Assembly (NCBI RefSeq): GCF_004010195.1 | Contig: NC_057720.1 | Span: forward strand, 19,335,717-19,399,716 | Source: Chiloscyllium plagiosum | Taxonomy: Eukaryota | DNA length: 64,000 nucleotides | Reading direction: 5' to 3' | Part shown: piece after piece, positions 38,928-50,495 of the stretch | Layout of the letters: every line of letters starts with the position of its first letter | Numbering within the stretch: position 1 is the stretch's first letter | The notes under the pieces: generated by a model | Database searches by the model: none | Seen by the model: only the letters and a program-made list of their open reading frames with translations | What the model was told of the DNA's origin: nothing | Translations under genes and position numbers: made by a program

Positions 38928-39080
38928 TGGGTGACCAATAGTGGAACAGCCTGGAATATGTTGGGTGACCAATGGTGGGAGAGCCTGGGATATGTTGGGT
39001 GACCAGTGGTGGGAGAGCCTGGGATATGTTGGGTGACCAATGGTGGGAGAGCCTGGGATATGTTGGGTGACCAGTGGTGG
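38928..39080. repeat. 34-bp minisatellite, ~4.5 copies
   Basis: Unit tgggtgaccaatggtgggagagcctgggatatgt starting at 38928, 38962, 38996, 39030 and 39064. Confidence 0.95.
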
Positions 39081-40074
39081 AGAATATAGTTGGGGGAATA
39101 GAACAATGACCCCTCCATTCAGGGGGTTCTCACTGCGACAGACAAGGTGTGCACAGGATGGTGCTGCAAGTTCCAAGGCAATTAATACATTGACGAATGT
39201 GGGTGGCCATACCCACACTGTCACTGAGTTTCTAACTGGAACCCATTTCCTTATAACACTTTCAGTGTTACCCACAACAGCAGCTGTTCAAGAAGACGGC
39301 CCACCATTTCTTCTCAAGGGGCAATTAACGATAGACAAGAAGGCCGGACTTTCCAGCAACACCCACATCCCATGGATTAAGAAATAAAAGATAACAGTAC
39401 AGCAGTCACTGTTCTCAGCTGACTGTCTTCCTCCATCATCATTTAATCTTCACCCACCAGCAACAAATATTTATGCAAGAGCTTTGAGAATATGAACACT
39501 GTGTTAATATTCCTAGTAACTGTGCTAAATGATTCTTTTTCAGGTTTTCTACCATTGGGCTAATCAACTGTGAAAGCAGCACAGTTAAACCTGGCACAAC
39601 AAATCTCCCAGGTTTCAGCATTTACTGTGGGTGTAAGAACTCCATGACTTTAGTTTCATTCTTTCGATGGTTGGGAAGCTACTGGAGTCCTGAGCAGATT
39701 GTTGTTGAAAATGAATCACTTGCCTTAGTGATCTGGAGTGAGATGCACTGCTAACTTTCCTTCTGCCACACAGGTGGATGTAGAGACAGAAGTAGACTAT
39801 TTAACCCTTGAGTATATTTGCCTTCAGTTAGAACATTTACTTCTTAATTCCATTTATCTGCCTGACAAAAAATTTATTATCCATTTCAGTTTTTAAGTGT
39901 TCATTTGACCCCCAGCCCAACAGTTCTTCTGGAGGAGAGATCATTCAGCGCAGAGTCCAATAGTGCTGGCAACTCAAGCGCAGGCCAGAGTGAAACTTTA
40001 TTGGATTGCAAGGTTTGGTAGTCCCTCAGACAGTGGGCGGACACACCCAAAGTAATCATAAAGTCAAACAGAGC

Positions 40075-41290
40075 CTTTGGTCCAACTTGGTGTCGGTGGT
40101 GGGCAAGTTGTTGGAGGGAATCCTGAGGGACAGAATGTAGATGTATTTGGAAGGCAAGGACTGATTAGGGATCGTCAACGTGGCTTTGTGCGTGGGAAAT
40201 CATGTCTCACAAACTTGATTGAGTTTTTTGAAGAAGTAACAAAGAAGATTGATGAGGGCAGAGCGGTAGACGTGATCTATATGGACTTCAATAAGGCATT
40301 CGACAAGGTTCCCCATGGGAGACTGGTTAGCAAGGTTAGATGTCACAGAATACAGGGAGAACTAGCCATTTGGATACAGACTTTTTTGTCATTTATATAA
40401 ATGATTTGGATGTGAGCATAAGAGATATAGTTAGTAGGTTTGCTGGTGACATCAAAATTGGAGGTGTAGTGGACAGCGAAGAAGGTTACCTCAAATTACA
40501 ACGGGATCTTGATCAGATGGGCTAATGGGCTGAGGAGTGGTAGATGGAGTTTAATTCAGATAAATGAGAGGTGCTGCATTTTGGGAAAGCAAATCTGAGC
40601 AGGACTTATACACTTAATGGTAAGGTCCTAGGGAGTGTTGCTGAACAAAGAGACCTTGAGAGTGCAGGTTCATAACTCCTTGTTAGATAGGACAGTGAAG
40701 AAGGCGTTTAGTATGCTTCCCTTTATTGGTCAGAGTATTGTGTACAGGAGTTGGGAGGTCATGTTGCGGCTGTACAGGACATTGGTTAGGCTACTGTTAA
40801 AACATTGCATGCAATTCTAATCTCCTTCCTATCGGAAAGATGTTGTGAAAATTAAAAGGGTTCAGTAAAGATCGACAAGGATGTTGCCAGGGTTGGAGGA
40901 TTTGAGCTACAGGGAGAGGTTGAATAGGCTGGGGCTGTTTTCCATGAAGTGTCGGATGCTGAGGGGTGACCTTATAGAGGTCTATAAAATTATGAGGGGC
41001 ATGGATAGGATAAATAGACAAAGTCTTTTCCCTGGAGTCCAGAACTAGAGGGCATAGGTTTAGGGTGAGAGGGGAAAAGATATAAAAGAGACCTAAGGGG
41101 CAACTTCTTCATACAGAGGGTGGTACGTGTATGGAATGAGCTTCCAGAGGAAGTGGTGGAGGCTGGTACAATTGCAACATTTAAAAGACATCTGGATGGG
41201 TATATGAATAAGAAGGGTTTGGGCCAGATGCTGGTAGGTGGGACTAGATTGCCAAAGGGTCTGTTTCCATGCTGTACATCTGTATAACTG
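40075..41290 (+). mobile_element. HER1-like CR1 LINE with several internal deletions
   Basis: GFVRGKSCLTNLIEFFEEV, VIYMDFNKAFDKVPH, FAGDIKIGG, 3' end. Confidence 0.92.
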
Positions 41291-42095
41291 CAGTCCATGC
41301 CGACCACGTTCCCAAACTAAACTAGCCCCACTTGCCTGCATTTGGCCCATATCCCTCCAAGGAGAAGAAAGTGAGGACTGAAGAAGGGTTATGTCTGAAA
41401 CATTGACTCTCTTGCTCCTCAGATGCTGCCTGATCTGCTGTGCTTTTGCCAGCGTCACACTTTATCAACTTCCCCCCATCCCATATCCCTCCAAATCTTT
41501 CCTATTTATGAACTTATCCAAATGTCTTTCAAACATTGTAACTGTACCAGCATTCACCATTTTCTCTAGCAGTTCATTCCACACACGAACCACTCTCTGT
41601 GTAAAAAAAGTTGCCTCTCGTGTACTTTTTAAAATTTCCTCCTCTCACCTTAAAATATATGCCCCCTAGTTTTGAACTTGCCCACACTGGGGAAAAGACT
41701 CTTACTATTCACCTTACTTTTGCCTCTCATGATTTTATAAACCTCAATAAGGTTACCCCTCAACCTCCCATGCTCCAGTGCAAAAGGTCCCAGCCTGTCT
41801 TTGTAGCTCTAATCCTCCATTCCTGGCAACATTCTGTAAATCTTTTCTGGACCCTCTCTAATTTAATAATATCTGTCCTCGAGCAGAGCGACCAGTACTC
41901 CAAAAGAAGCCTCACCAATGTCCTGTACAACCTCAACATGAACTGCCAGAGAAAATGGTGAATGCTGGTACAGTTACAATGTTTAAAATACATTTGGATA
42001 AGTTCATAAATAGGAATGCCTGCTTAACCACTCTGTCTACATGTGACACAAATTTCCAAGAAGCATGTACCTGAACCCCTAAGTCTCTCTGTTAC
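41291..42095 (-). mobile_element. CR1 LINE 3' portion, tail-to-tail with the preceding copy
   Basis: MLRLYRTLVRLLLEYW..KLERVQKRFT on the minus strand. Confidence 0.85.
41361..41479 (+). mobile_element. Minimal PLE insertion: inverted tail fused to hammerhead core
   Basis: ggagaagaaagtgagga-CTGAAGA..GAAAC; 15-bp TSD cccatatccctccaa at 41346-41360 and 41480-41494. Confidence 0.82.
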
Positions 42096-43786
42096 TTTAG
42101 CAAATTTGAACTCATTGCTTTGTTGACTGTGTAAACAGCCTTGCGTGTATTGGTTAGAATGTTGCTACATTGCAACTTCCCCAGAGTTGACACCATTACA
42201 TCCTGCTTCATTCCAGAGGCTGTACTTCAAGGATTTGTGATTCTGATTCTCAGATAATGGAAAGGTTGTGACGGCAGGGAGCAGGTCGTACATACACTGA
42301 CCTTAACCATCAAGAAAGCAGCTTCTATCCTTCTGATAAATTAAAAATCAAAACAGAATCATTTTGGGTCTACTTCACATCAAGAACTAAACTGCATTTC
42401 TGGAATCTGTCTTTTGGATACATTAACTAACCACCTGCGTCTTTCCAAGCTTTAAAACAATTAACCACAGATCATGAGCTTATATTTAGAGAAACAGCTT
42501 ACAACATTCAGTCACACCACATTTGCATCTCGCTTGCCACTGTGATCAACATGAGGAAGAGATTCACACTTTGATTTTTTTTTCTGGCTGCTATTTAAAG
42601 TTCTAGAACAAGTTTTTATCATTACAGATGAGAAATAGACCAAAGCTTCTCCGCAGCTATAAAGTGAATCGCAGATAAGCTTCATCGAAAGTGGGAGACA
42701 AATTGCCACCATTTTATAAGCTCAAGACAAACTTCAGACTCTAGAGCACTTCAACCCACACAAAGAACTGTTACAAAAAGGCAATTCATTCTGCACTGAA
42801 CAATGTTGAGTGGAACAATGTTTTCTATAGTGTCACACAGCAACCTACACTGCTGCTGGCTTAACCGGAGAAAAACCTCTCCCAAAGTCTCAGCCTTCCA
42901 CCAAATGCTTTTATTTCTCAAATCAACCACTTCCAGAAGGGTTTCTGCAGGTTACACTGTGTATTCAACAATGTTTTAAATATCACCCAGTCTCCTGGCA
43001 ACAATCCATCAGACATCAGGTCTGCTTACCCAGCCCCTGAAAGAAAACACGAAGTGAAAAGCTTAAAGAGAATTAATCTTCATCAATGGAGTAGCACAGA
43101 CAACTCTGTCGACTTCAGTCCAGGGATCCCCTCAACTATGTGTCTGAGAGGTTCCCAGCACTACTATCCAGGGCAGTGTCGCACTGACATTAAAAGTGAG
43201 ACACCGGGCACACAAGAGCGTTTCATAAAAGGGTTAAGCAGTTTGCACTGACAGAAAATCAAATCCTGGCTCTTTGAACATTAGACAATCATTTAGCCAG
43301 CCACATTCACAAGGCCATGGATGCAGGACATTAACATGAACTATGACCTTCACCAGGATAAAGGATGTGGGTGACAATTATCACCAGAGGGTGCCTCACA
43401 TTAAGTCACTGACAATCACTTTTATCTTTTACTGAATGTTAATGTGGGAACAAAAATACAGGACCAGATTTTATAATGCTTCAATGCTCTTATAAATTAA
43501 GTGATTAAATAATGGTCACATCAAGGTATGTGCTGAAATAGAGCAATTATGGAGCACTATACCAAAAGCAGCAGTCAAAATGAAAATATTTGTGCTTTAA
43601 AGTAGCAACCTTTAAGCTACCATCTCTCAACAGCTCACAGCGCCTGCACAACGTGCTTTAAATTAACTATACAATTAACTATCTAAAAAGAAAACAGATG
43701 GGTTCTTCAGTGGCAAAGACATTGTGGGACATAAAGTTAACAGGAGCTTTCAACAACAGCTAACTTGAGAGCCAATACTGACTTAC

Positions 43787-44260
43787 CTCCAATAAATGAT
43801 GACAGCTTTTTTTCTCAATGGAATTCCGCACACTGATTCCAGTGTTTTTCACACAACTAAAGCTGTGTCTGCACAGAAAGATGAGCCTGGGGCTCTCTGC
43901 CAGATTACACATCAAAGCACAGAAGAATTACTTATGGAGTTCTGTTTCCTTTTTTTCTAAAGCTCCCTCGCGATCCGTCCATCTCTCTCCTTCCCTCCCT
44001 CTCCACAATCACAGATCCAAAGTTGCTGCTGCTGCCGGTGCGGAGAACAAACTTCCAAGAGGCAGGGCTCTGACGTCTGAATTACTGTTGAATTCCCAGC
44101 CACACCCCAGTGTGGGCACTGAGGAACCCAGTCAGAGCTGAGCGTCTGACCAGCAATCACTATAAACCCATTAGCTTGTCAGTGAACTTGCTTAAACCAG
44201 GCCGCACTATTCCACGAGCAATTAGGGCCCTGCCTGGTTTGATAAAAGCAATAAAGATTG
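43787..44260 (-). promoter_or_regulatory. Candidate BCAR3 non-coding first exon and promoter
   Basis: Consensus donor GAG|GTAAGT (exon end 43787), 6.2 kb upstream of the first coding exon. TE-free, with local CpGs at 43969-44145, CRE-like TGACGTC (~44071), CACACCC box (~44101) and a minus-strand CCAAT (~44257). TSS cannot be determined. Confidence 0.55.
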
Positions 44261-44469
44261 GCCTCATGGAAGCCACAGGAAGGCTTCAGAAGTGCCATCC
44301 CCCTCACCTTCCTCTATCCACACCCTTTTTTAAAGGCACCATAAATGAAATGAAGATATAAAATCTAATTAACTGAAAAAGACCTGTGGGGAAAGCAGGA
44401 GGGAGTGAATGGCACAGACTGTATTGCTTTACAGAGCTATGGCATGCATTTAACAGACTGAATGTCCTC

Positions 44470-44998
44470 CTGTGCCCTTTCGGAAGGATGTTGTGGAACC
44501 TGAAAGGGTTCAGAAAAGAATTGCAAGGATGTTGCCAGGGTTGGAGGATCTGAGCTATAGGGAGAGGTTGAACAGGCTGGGGCTGTTTTCCCTGGAGCAT
44601 CAGAAGCTGAGGGGTGACCGTATAGAGGTTTATAAAATCATGAGGGGCATGGATAGGGTAAATAGACAAAGTCTTTTCCCTGGGGTGGGGGAGTCCAGAA
44701 CTAGTGGGCATAGGTTTAGGGTGAGAGGGGAAAGAATATAAAAGAGAACTAAGGGGCCACTTTTTCACGCAGAAGTTGGTGCATGTATGGAATGGACTGC
44801 CAGGGGAAATGGTGGACGCTAGTACAATTGCAATATTTAAAATACATCTGGCTGGGTATATGAATAGGAAGGGTTTGGAAGGATATGGGCCAGGTGCTGG
44901 CAGGTGGGACTAGATTGGGTTGGGATATCTGGTCAGCATGGACGAGTTGGACTGAAGGGTCTGTTTCTGTGCTGTACATCTCTATGACTCCATGATTC
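44470..44998 (+). mobile_element. HER1-like CR1 3' fragment
   Basis: RKDVVEPERVQKRIARMLPGLEDLSYRERL; ctatgactccatgattc tail. Confidence 0.92.
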
Positions 44999-45529
44999 CA
45001 TTACACAATATCAACTGGATCTGCATTGTTAAGAGAACATTATTCCCCTTTGCTTTTTGTATTTTGTCTTTGAAAGTAAAAGGCATGCTGAAATTGCTCC
45101 CAAATGCTGCTTTTACAACTTTTTAATGAATGAGAACATTTTGAAAAAAAGTAAGGAACACTGAACTGACAATACAAACCAATGATATACAGGTAATATT
45201 GTTCAGGATCATCAAATGATGAAGCAGAGTTCAAGGCTAATCAACCCATCAATTCAGCATGTTTACCCACTCTCTTTAATGGACATTCCTGCTTCCTGAA
45301 GGCTTGCTATTGTGGGAGCATTGCCAAGTGAACTGGTGAGTCATGCAGGCCAGGAAAATCCCATGGTCAATTGCCAATCTGGGTCGGGTTCAACTATCTG
45401 AGTTAAAGCAGTAGTTACTACCTTCTTATGGGCCTTTGGATCATACAGACAGACAGACAGGAAAATTGGCCAGGGTTCATACTCCTCTCTGCTACTCAGT
45501 AACCGTGACTGATCACTAGACTTTGAGGA

Positions 45530-45650
45530 GGTCCCTTGCACGGCGATTTGGTAGTGTCTCTATCCCTGGACCATGAGGCACCGGGTTAAGTCCCACCTGT
45601 TCCAGAGTGTGTAATCACATCTCTGAACAGATGGATTAGAAAAATAGGTT
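45530..45650 (+). mobile_element. Short tRNA-derived SINE
   Basis: Homologous to 36018-36140. Confidence 0.5.
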
Positions 45651-45849
45651 AAAAACATTGGGCAAGACAAAGTTGGACTTAATTTGGATGGTTCCCATTG
45701 CAACAATTACCCCCTGACACCAGGACCTTGAAATTGAGTTCCTGTCCATAGTCAGAGATTCAAAGTTATTGCTGCAGTTTTATCAGCTTTGAACATGCAA
45801 TGTGTATATTCATGGCTCAGTATATCGCCAATTCTGTCACCATCAGTCA

Positions 45850-46590
45850 GGTGATCCAACTAGTTCAGTGGACAGTTACAGGAGGGCATGCCAGGAGCAG
45901 CACCAGGTCTCTGTAAAAGTGAGGTGCCAACCTGATGAAGCTACAACACAGGATTGCATGTATACTAACCACAGGAAGTAGAGTACGACAGTCAGAGATA
46001 AGTGATACCCAGAAGCAACAGCTCAGGTCAAAGCACTGCATTCTGCCATGTCCATTCGTGAATGAGAGTGGACAATTAAACAACTAACAGGAGGAGAAGT
46101 GTTCCCTAACATTCGCATTCTCAAGAATGGGGAGCCCAACACTTCCGCACGACAGTGAGCCGAAGCATTTGTAACCATCTTCAGTCAGAAGTGTCAAGTG
46201 ATAATTCATTTTGGACTCCTCCTGAGGTCCCAATCATTACAAACGCCAGTCATCAGCCACATCAATTCATTCAACACAATGTCAAGAAAGCCTGAAGACC
46301 CTGGAGACCAGAAAGCTATGAGCCTGTCAATATTCTGTCTGTAATACTGAAGACGTGTGTTCTAGAACAAGCCGCACCCCTAACCAAGGTGCTCCGCTGC
46401 AGCTACAACACTAGCACCTACCAAGGAATGAAGAAAATTGTCCACAAAAGTAGGTCAAATCCAACCCGGCCACTTACTGTCCCATTGGTCTACTCTAAAT
46501 CATCAGTAAAGCGACGGAAAGTGCCATTAACAGTGATACCTACTCAAAAATAACTTGCTCACTGATGTTCAGTTTGGATTCTGCCAAGGG
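45850..46590 (+). mobile_element. CR1-clade LINE (second family), pre-RT/RT fragment; probably continues at 47740-48270
   Basis: WTIKQLTGG, LKTCVLEQAAPL, KSNPATYCPIGLL, QFGFCQG remnants. Confidence 0.72.
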
Positions 46591-46619
46591 ATCTTGGATT
46601 TTGAAATAATTATAATATG

Positions 46620-47455
46620 GCTTTTTTTATTCACTCGTGGGACATGGACATCACTGGCTGGCCAGCATTTATTGCTTATCCTTAGTTGCACTTGAGAAGG
46701 TGGTGGTGACCTGCCTGCTTGAAATACTGCGGTCCACGAATGTAGATATATGCACAGTGCCCTATGGGAGGGAATTCCAGAATTTTGACCCAATTCCAGT
46801 GATGGACTGGCAATATATTTCCAAGTCAGGATGGTGAGTGGCTTGGAGGGGAACTTGTAGCTGGTGGTCTTCCCATGCATCTGCTGCTCTTGTCCTTCGA
46901 GGTGGAAGTGGTCCCGGGTTTATAAAGAGCTGTCTAAGGGTCTTTGGTGAATTTCTTCAATGCATCTTGTAGATGGTACACACTGCTGCTACTGTGTGCA
47001 AGGGTTGGAGGGAATGGATATTTGTGGATGTAGTGCGAATCAACGAGGATGCTTTGTGATGGATTGTTGAGTGTTGTAGGAGCTGCACCCATCCAAGCAA
47101 GTGGGGAGAATTCTATCACACTCCTGACGTGCCCTGTGGATAGTGGACAAGCTTTGGGTAGTCAGGAAGTGAATTATTCGCTGCAGTATTCCTAACCTTT
47201 GACCTTCTCTTGTAGTCACTCTGTTGATGTGGCAGGTTCAGTTTAGTTTCTGGTCGATGGCAACTCCCAGGATGTTCGTAGTGGGGGATTCAGTGATGGT
47301 AAAACCAGTGAATGTCAAGGGTCAGTGGTTAAATTGTCTCTTATTGGAGATGTTCACTGCCTGTCATTTGTGTGGTGTGAATGGTGCTTATCACGTCAAC
47401 CCAAGGCTGAATATTGTCTAGATCTTGCTGCATTTGAACATGGATTGCTTCAGTA
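46620..47455 (-). mobile_element. CR1-clade LINE (second family) 3' portion
   Basis: Antisense of 34900-35735, including the poly-A end at ~46622. Confidence 0.82.
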
Positions 47456-47739
47456 CGGTCCAAACATATATAGAATTCCAGAGGTAAGTGAGTGAGTGAC
47501 TTATGAGATATCACAGCAGCATTTCACTGGGTGCGGCATTAAGGAGACCTGGCAAAATTGCAGGCAAAGGGAAGCAAAGGGAAAATCCTCTACTTGTTGG
47601 AGTCATATATGGCACATACATTTTAGTTCCAGTCCATTGCCCCATGAGTTCCATAGGGTAGACATTTTCGAATTAACCTTTTCAGTGATGTTATTACTGA
47701 CACCCCTGGCCCAGAGATACGAACCCCAGCTCCTCAGGG

Positions 47740-48270
47740 TTATGTTCAGTATTCAAACATTCCGAGCTGCCGCAACTCCTCAGATACTGAAGCCATTCAT
47801 GTCCAAACCCTGCAAGGTCTAGCCAATATTCAGGCTCGGACTGATTAAGTGTTATGTAACTTTGTGTCCCATTTTGTGCCTTGCAATGACCAATTCCAAC
47901 AAGTGAGAACTCAACTATCTCCTCTTGATATGCAAAGATATATCATTGCTCAATACCCCCAACATTAACCTCTTGGAAGTTACCATTGACCATAAATCTA
48001 ACTGGATTATATCAATACTATACCTACAAGAGCAGGAGAGAGGCAAGGAATCCTGCACGAGTAACTCAACTCATGACTCTTCAAAACTTGTCCATGTGGC
48101 TCAAGTCAAGACTGTGATAGAATACTCTCCACTTGCCTGGTTGAATGCTTCTCTAACAACACTCAAGAAATTCAACACTATTCAGAATAAAAGAGCCAAT
48201 TTGATTGGAACCCTATCCACAAGCTTCATCATTCATCTCTGGTGAGCGAGTGCCATGTACAAGATGCATA
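47740..48270 (+). mobile_element. CR1-clade LINE (second family) fragment
   Basis: INLLEVTIDHKSNW..AQVKTVIEYSPLAW..TLKKFNTIQNK. Confidence 0.75.
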
Positions 48271-48474
48271 GCTCAGTGGTTCTTGCACTTTATAAATAGG
48301 TCACTGGCAACAAAAACTGGGAATTTATGCTGAACCTTTGGAAAGCTCTAGTTAGCCACAACTAAAGTGTGACACTTGGTTCTTGTCAGCGCTCTTTAGG
48401 AAGGATTTGAAGATTCTTGAAAGTATCCACAATGGTTCCAAGGATGGTTGACTTTAGTGACAAAGTTAGGGTTA

Positions 48475-48760
48475 TTTTCATTTGGTCACAGGATGAGGCT
48501 GTTGCTGGGTGGGCCAGCATTTATTGCCCATCCCAGAGGGCAGTTAAATGTCAACCACATTGCTGTGGGTCTGGAGTCACATGTAGGCCAGACCAGGTAA
48601 GGATGGCAGATTTCCTTCCCTAAAGGACATTATTAAATGAGGACAGTTTTTACAACAATCAACAGTGGTTACTGTAGACCAGCTCTTTATTCCAGATTTT
48701 CTTCAATTTAAATGTCACTACCAGGCACAGTGGGATGCAAACCCAACTGTGAGAACATTT
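48475..48760 (-). mobile_element. Deu-domain SINE, split; head at ~49958-50012
   Basis: ccagcatttattgccc..gggcagtt..gtctggagtcacatgtaggccagaccagg. Confidence 0.8.
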
Positions 48761-49955
48761 AAAATGAAAACAGAAAATACTGGAGAAACTCAACAGGTCT
48801 GGCAGCACCTGTAGAGCTAAAGACAGAGTTAATGTTTCAAGTCCAGTGACTCTTTGACAGAATGGGATGTCTCCTTTCCCTTCTTGGCATTCCACAGGGA
48901 CTGTTCCCTCCAGGATACCTTTGTCAACCTCTCCTCCATTCCCAACACCTCTTCACATCCCTACGGCACCTTCCCATACAATCAGGAAAGGTGCAACACC
49001 TGTCCGTCTACATCCTCCCTCCTCACTATCCAAGACCCCACACACACCCACCCAGCGATTTACCTGTACTTCACTCAATCTAGTCTACTGTGTTCACTGC
49101 TCAGAATATGGAGATGAAACATAGAATGCCTGACTACCTTGCAGAACACCTACACTTTGTCCATAAAAACAACCCCGAATCTCCTGTTACCTGCCATTTC
49201 AACACACCACCGGGTTCCCTGGCCAACATCTTTGTCTCAGGCTTACAGCAAAGTTCAATACCAGCTGGAGGAACGGCACCTCATCTTCCAACTAGGTACT
49301 TTACAGCCTTTAGGGAGCAACATTGAGTTTGACAATTTCAGAATGTGAACTCCATCCTCCATGTTTGTTATCCACTGCTAACCCCCAGGTCCTGTTTTGT
49401 ATGAGTTCCTCCCAGCACAGCCAACCCATTCTCAACAATTCACACTTGTAATTAGCACCCTACCCATTGTTATTCTCTGTCTTGGCTTAATATTAGTTAT
49501 CTCATTGTTTGCCTCGTTTCTCTCTCTCTCTCTCTCTGGACACCTTCTCCACGTATGTTATTCACATACTCCTCCCACCCCCCATCCCAGTTTTGATGAA
49601 GGGTCACTGAACTTGAAACATAAGCTCTATTTGTCTTTACAGATGCTGCCAGACCTGCTAAGTTTCTCCATCATCTCCAAGTTTTGTTCCAGTTTTCCAG
49701 CATCTACACGTTCTTTAACTAGGAGAAGGTGAGGACTGCAGATGCTGGAGATCAGATTGAAGAGTGTGGTGCTGGAAAGACTCCGCCTTACCCCCTAATC
49801 CATTTATCTCTCACCCCCTTCCCGGTCCACAAGCCTCATTCTTGATGAAGGGTTTACGCCCGAAATGTCGATTTCCTGTTCCTCAGAAGCTGCCTGACCT
49901 GCTGTGCTTTTCCAGCACCACACTCTTTGACTTCACACATTCTTTGATTTTATTC
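48761..49955 (+). mobile_element. Older PLE (family E): inverted arm, GIY-YIG remnant and 3' terminus
   Basis: Antisense arm 48762-48862; FTCTSLNLVYCVHCS, EERHLIFQLGTLQPLG; TSD-like agaacattt at 48752-48760 and 49959-49967. Confidence 0.8.
49721..49934 (+). mobile_element. PLE family A insertion nested in the tail of the family E copy
   Basis: Inverted tail aggagaaggtgaggactgcagatgctggagatcag, then sense terminus; flanks acacgttcttt / acacattcttt. Confidence 0.78.
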
Positions 49956-50159
49956 CCCAGAACATTTGCCAGAGACTCTGGATTTTCTGTCCAAGTGACG
50001 TTATTACTGCCTCACCTGAAAGGAGCAGATGTTGTTCTCCTTAAAACAGGGGGAGTTTGGGGGGGGGGGGGGAGTGGTGGGTGGGATTTGATAGAGCTAT
50101 ACAGGGTAATGACAGGTTTGGATAAGGTGAACAAAGAAAATCCTCTCCCATTCAAAGAC

Positions 50160-50495
50160 AGCTGGGGAAGATGATGGCCTTGTGCTATTATCACTGGACT
50201 GTTAATCCAGAAACCCAGGTAAGGTTCTGGGGACTAGGGTTCAAATCCCACCATGCCAGATAGTGAAATCTAAACTCAATTAAAATAAATCTGGAATTAA
50301 GAGTCCATGAATTGATTGCTGGGAAACCCCAACTGGTTCACCAATGTCCTTTAGGAAAGGAAACTGCCACCCTTAAGACTCTAGACCCACAGTACTGTGA
50401 TTGACTGTTTACTGCCCTCTGGGTAATTAGGGCTGGGCAATAAGTGCTGGCCTGGTCAGCCATGCCTTCCTCCCATCAATGAATTTAAAAAAAAG
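50160..50495 (+). mobile_element. Deu-domain SINE (SacSINE1-like), near full length
   Basis: tRNA-like head (gggttcaaatccc), Deu core, gggcaataagtgctggcc..catcaatgaatttaaaaa tail. Confidence 0.82.

Noticed and set aside
38928..39080. CRISPR-like array
   Set aside because: Contiguous tandem units with no unique spacers, in eukaryotic DNA
43818..44141. Plus-strand 107-aa ORF antisense to the candidate first exon
   Set aside because: No recognisable homology; length compatible with chance
45850..47455. Twin-priming 5' inversion
   Set aside because: The opposite-strand segment abuts the poly-A end rather than the 5' end
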